Positions 62,503-64,000 of a stretch of 64,000 nt of DNA are shown one piece after another. The notes below the pieces were generated by a model. The model made no database searches. It saw only the letters and a list, made by a program, of their open reading frames with translations, and was not told the origin of the DNA. The position numbers and the translations under genes are program-made. Where the stretch lies: the IMG/VR virus record IMGVR_UViG_3300044844_000854, positions 40,575 through 104,574 of that record; one strand, given 5' to 3'. Position 1 is the stretch's first letter. Each line of letters starts with the position of its first letter. Source of the DNA: a virus.

Positions 62503-63018
62503 ATGACAGACTTCTCAATTACAAGAGATCAAGATGAAATTTGGTTTGGTGTCTTACAACAAAAATTTGGACACATCTCAGAAAATCTCATCAATGACAT
62601 CAAAATGGCACTACAAGCAAAGCAGAAATTCGGTGCGATTGCAAAATCACAAAAGCAAGCATTGTTCATTCAATTGTCTTTAGAAAAATTAAGGGCAGAT
62701 TATATGCAATGTGTAAATGCTAGAAAAGAAGGTGACAATGATGATAAAGAGTTATCTACAAGCATGTTCACTACTACAACATTTATGATGGCACAGGTAT
62801 GTGATATGTATGTAGGCACAAACATTCTACCACGAGCAGAATTACCATTTGATTATGTAGGCATCGCTGATATGTTCATTGATAACCTATGCGAAGATTA
62901 TGATCGTTTGGTTGTGGAATTAAACAATCACACTATGAGTGAATTTGGTGCACCTTTAGATGAAATCAAACAAACAATCAATATGGTTAAAGAAATCCTA
63001 AAGCAAAAACCACAATGA
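62503..63018 (+). CDS. Hypothetical protein
   Basis: AAGGA RBS. Confidence 0.55.
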   Translation: MTDFSITRDQDEIWFGVLQQKFGHISENLINDIKMALQAKQKFGAIAKSQKQALFIQLSLEKLRADYMQCVNARKEGDNDDKELSTSMFTTTTFMMAQVCDMYVGTNILPRAELPFDYVGIADMFIDNLCEDYDRLVVELNNHTMSEFGAPLDEIKQTINMVKEILKQKPQ

Positions 63019-63157
63019 TCACTTTATAAAATTCAAATTTAAGTTACAGGTTGCAAACAAAGACCTTGCATATTGATATATAATATAGCTAAATATATTG
63101 ACAAATTTAGTCAAACTTGATACGATAATAGAGCAACCAACAACAAGCAAGGTATAA

Positions 63158-63424
63158 ATGAAATACTTTTTAAACAAAAAAACAACCGTACAGGTGTATG
63201 AATTAAATGGCTCTTGGGATGCTAAGACATTTGATGCAAACTATGAATTTAATCCTGAGAGATATATGCTTATCAAATCACCTGAGCAACATATTGAATT
63301 ATACTTTGGTGTAATCAACAATTGGCTAACAGTAGACGACAATTCTTATGGATTTGCTGAATATGAAACAGGCTTACATATCTTAGTAAATTACCATGAT
63401 ATAGATGCATTCATTGTTCAATAA
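63158..63424 (+). CDS. Hypothetical protein
   Basis: TTGACA-17-TACGAT promoter at 63098-63126; AAGG RBS. Confidence 0.55.
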   Translation: MKYFLNKKTTVQVYELNGSWDAKTFDANYEFNPERYMLIKSPEQHIELYFGVINNWLTVDDNSYGFAEYETGLHILVNYHDIDAFIVQ

Positions 63425-63441
63425 AAAACGGGGATTAAAAA

Positions 63442-63810
63442 ATGCTACTTGGAAAACAACTACTAGAAGATTACACCAATTATAAAGAGAGAACTAAACC
63501 TAAAGACTTAGAGTCATATAAATTAGGTTGTTTTGAAACTTCCGTTTTTTTGACACTTGGTCATAGAATACCACAAGTACCTTTAGCAATTAAAAACACT
63601 TTAGATGTGCTTGATTACTCTATGGTAGAAAGCCAATACTTTACTTGTTTAAGACAAGCAGTTAAAGCAGCACTCTTTGACATCATCATTAGGAAAGATT
63701 TCAAATCACTTACTGAGCAACAACTCATTGAGCTACTACAAAAAACGGGTATGGATAAACTTGATTATGTACCTGTTATTGATATGTTAAAAAAGCACCA
63801 ATCACAATAA
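63442..63810 (+). CDS. Hypothetical protein
   Basis: Motif-associated start. Confidence 0.55.
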   Translation: MLLGKQLLEDYTNYKERTKPKDLESYKLGCFETSVFLTLGHRIPQVPLAIKNTLDVLDYSMVESQYFTCLRQAVKAALFDIIIRKDFKSLTEQQLIELLQKTGMDKLDYVPVIDMLKKHQSQ

Positions 63811-63967
63811 AATCAAGAATATATTAAGAAACATACCAAGAATTGATGCTTATTCATTCCCTTTATATACCTATTTAAACTTAATGACTATTCTTTAAAA
63901 TGCTTATAACCTGTCTTAAATTTAATGTTTATACTTTAATTTTAACTTATATAATAAATAATCCATA

Positions 63968-64000
63968 ATCTAAAATTGATCTAAAATTGATCTAAACTTG
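63968..64000. repeat. 11-bp tandem repeat (ATCTAAAATTG x2, ATCTAAACTTG) running off the window edge
   Basis: Read directly from the sequence. Confidence 0.8.

Larger units (their letters stand above)
267..63760. repeat. Dispersed asymmetric motif AAAAA(A)CGG(A/G)-N4-7-AAAA(A), about 63 copies by eye
   Basis: Position of the C of CGG on +: 273,1281,4373,4835,5054,6890,8508,9437,10370,10515,11037,12167,17235,17641,18261,18775,19488,22540,23599,24380,25011,25500,26427,26945,28913,29440,29821,30946,32622,33807,35143,36562,38606,38797,39483,40553,41665,43293,44670,46134,47112,47685,48017,48130,50074,51467,52925,53686,55637,56693,57962,58549,59377,59779,60691,62139,63429,63746. Reverse copies (CCG start) at about 1078,3707,18203,53016,63542. 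A few copies are imperfect. Confidence 0.92.

Noticed and set aside
267-63760. Dispersed motif interpreted as CRISPR repeats, REP/MITE elements or terminators
   Set aside because: Copies are isolated, about 20 bp, non-palindromic, have a variable spacer, show no obvious target duplications and occur in-frame within genes
1-64000. Alternative genetic code (stop-codon recoding)
   Set aside because: The standard code gives dense, full-length genes with intact C-terminal motifs; TAG and TGA end genes at sensible positions
1-64000. tRNA genes, integrase/att sites, reverse transcriptase or DGR
   Set aside because: No cloverleaf/TpsiC signatures in the gaps, and no recombinase or RT motifs recognised by eye

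Overview
This 64 kb window is AT-rich, almost entirely + strand coded, and is a segment of a large double-stranded DNA myophage (contractile tail). No integrase, tRNA, rRNA or CRISPR array was seen. From 1-22 kb it encodes a baseplate and tail module with an extracellular-contractile-injection-system (eCIS)-like flavour: tube initiator, LysM/tail-X protein, gpD-like hub, gp5/VgrG spike, gp25, baseplate J, P2 gpI-like protein, a 2032-aa fibre with a DUF6519-like N-terminus, a holin and further fibre/adaptor genes. From 22-29 kb lies a putative DNA-hypermodification operon: a possible degenerate QueD-like protein, folE, a HAD phosphatase, a GT-B glycosyltransferase, a SAM methyltransferase, Nmad1/DUF1599, queC and a DpdA/TGT-like transglycosylase with a Cys-rich C-terminal extension. 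queE and a GT2 glycosyltransferase lie at 44-49 kb. From 29-57 kb are nucleotide metabolism, replication and recombination genes (class II RNR, SSB, ThyX, PolA, SF2 helicase, RecA, resolvase, ParB-like, Cas4-like nuclease, SpoVS, DnaC-like loader, DnaB, DnaG), interleaved with small promoter-driven hypothetical genes. From 57-64 kb are accessory genes including ClpP, an SLT and an M15 peptidase. The most striking unexplained signal is an asymmetric motif, AAAAA(A)CGG(A/G)-N4-7-AAAA(A). About 63 copies were found by eye (~1 per kb), both between genes and inside genes in all three frames, with a few on the opposite strand, in a genome where CGG otherwise looks scarce. A second family of sigma70-type promoters shares a (C)ACT(A/T)AGA spacer box. 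All protein assignments come from motif recognition by eye; no searches were run.
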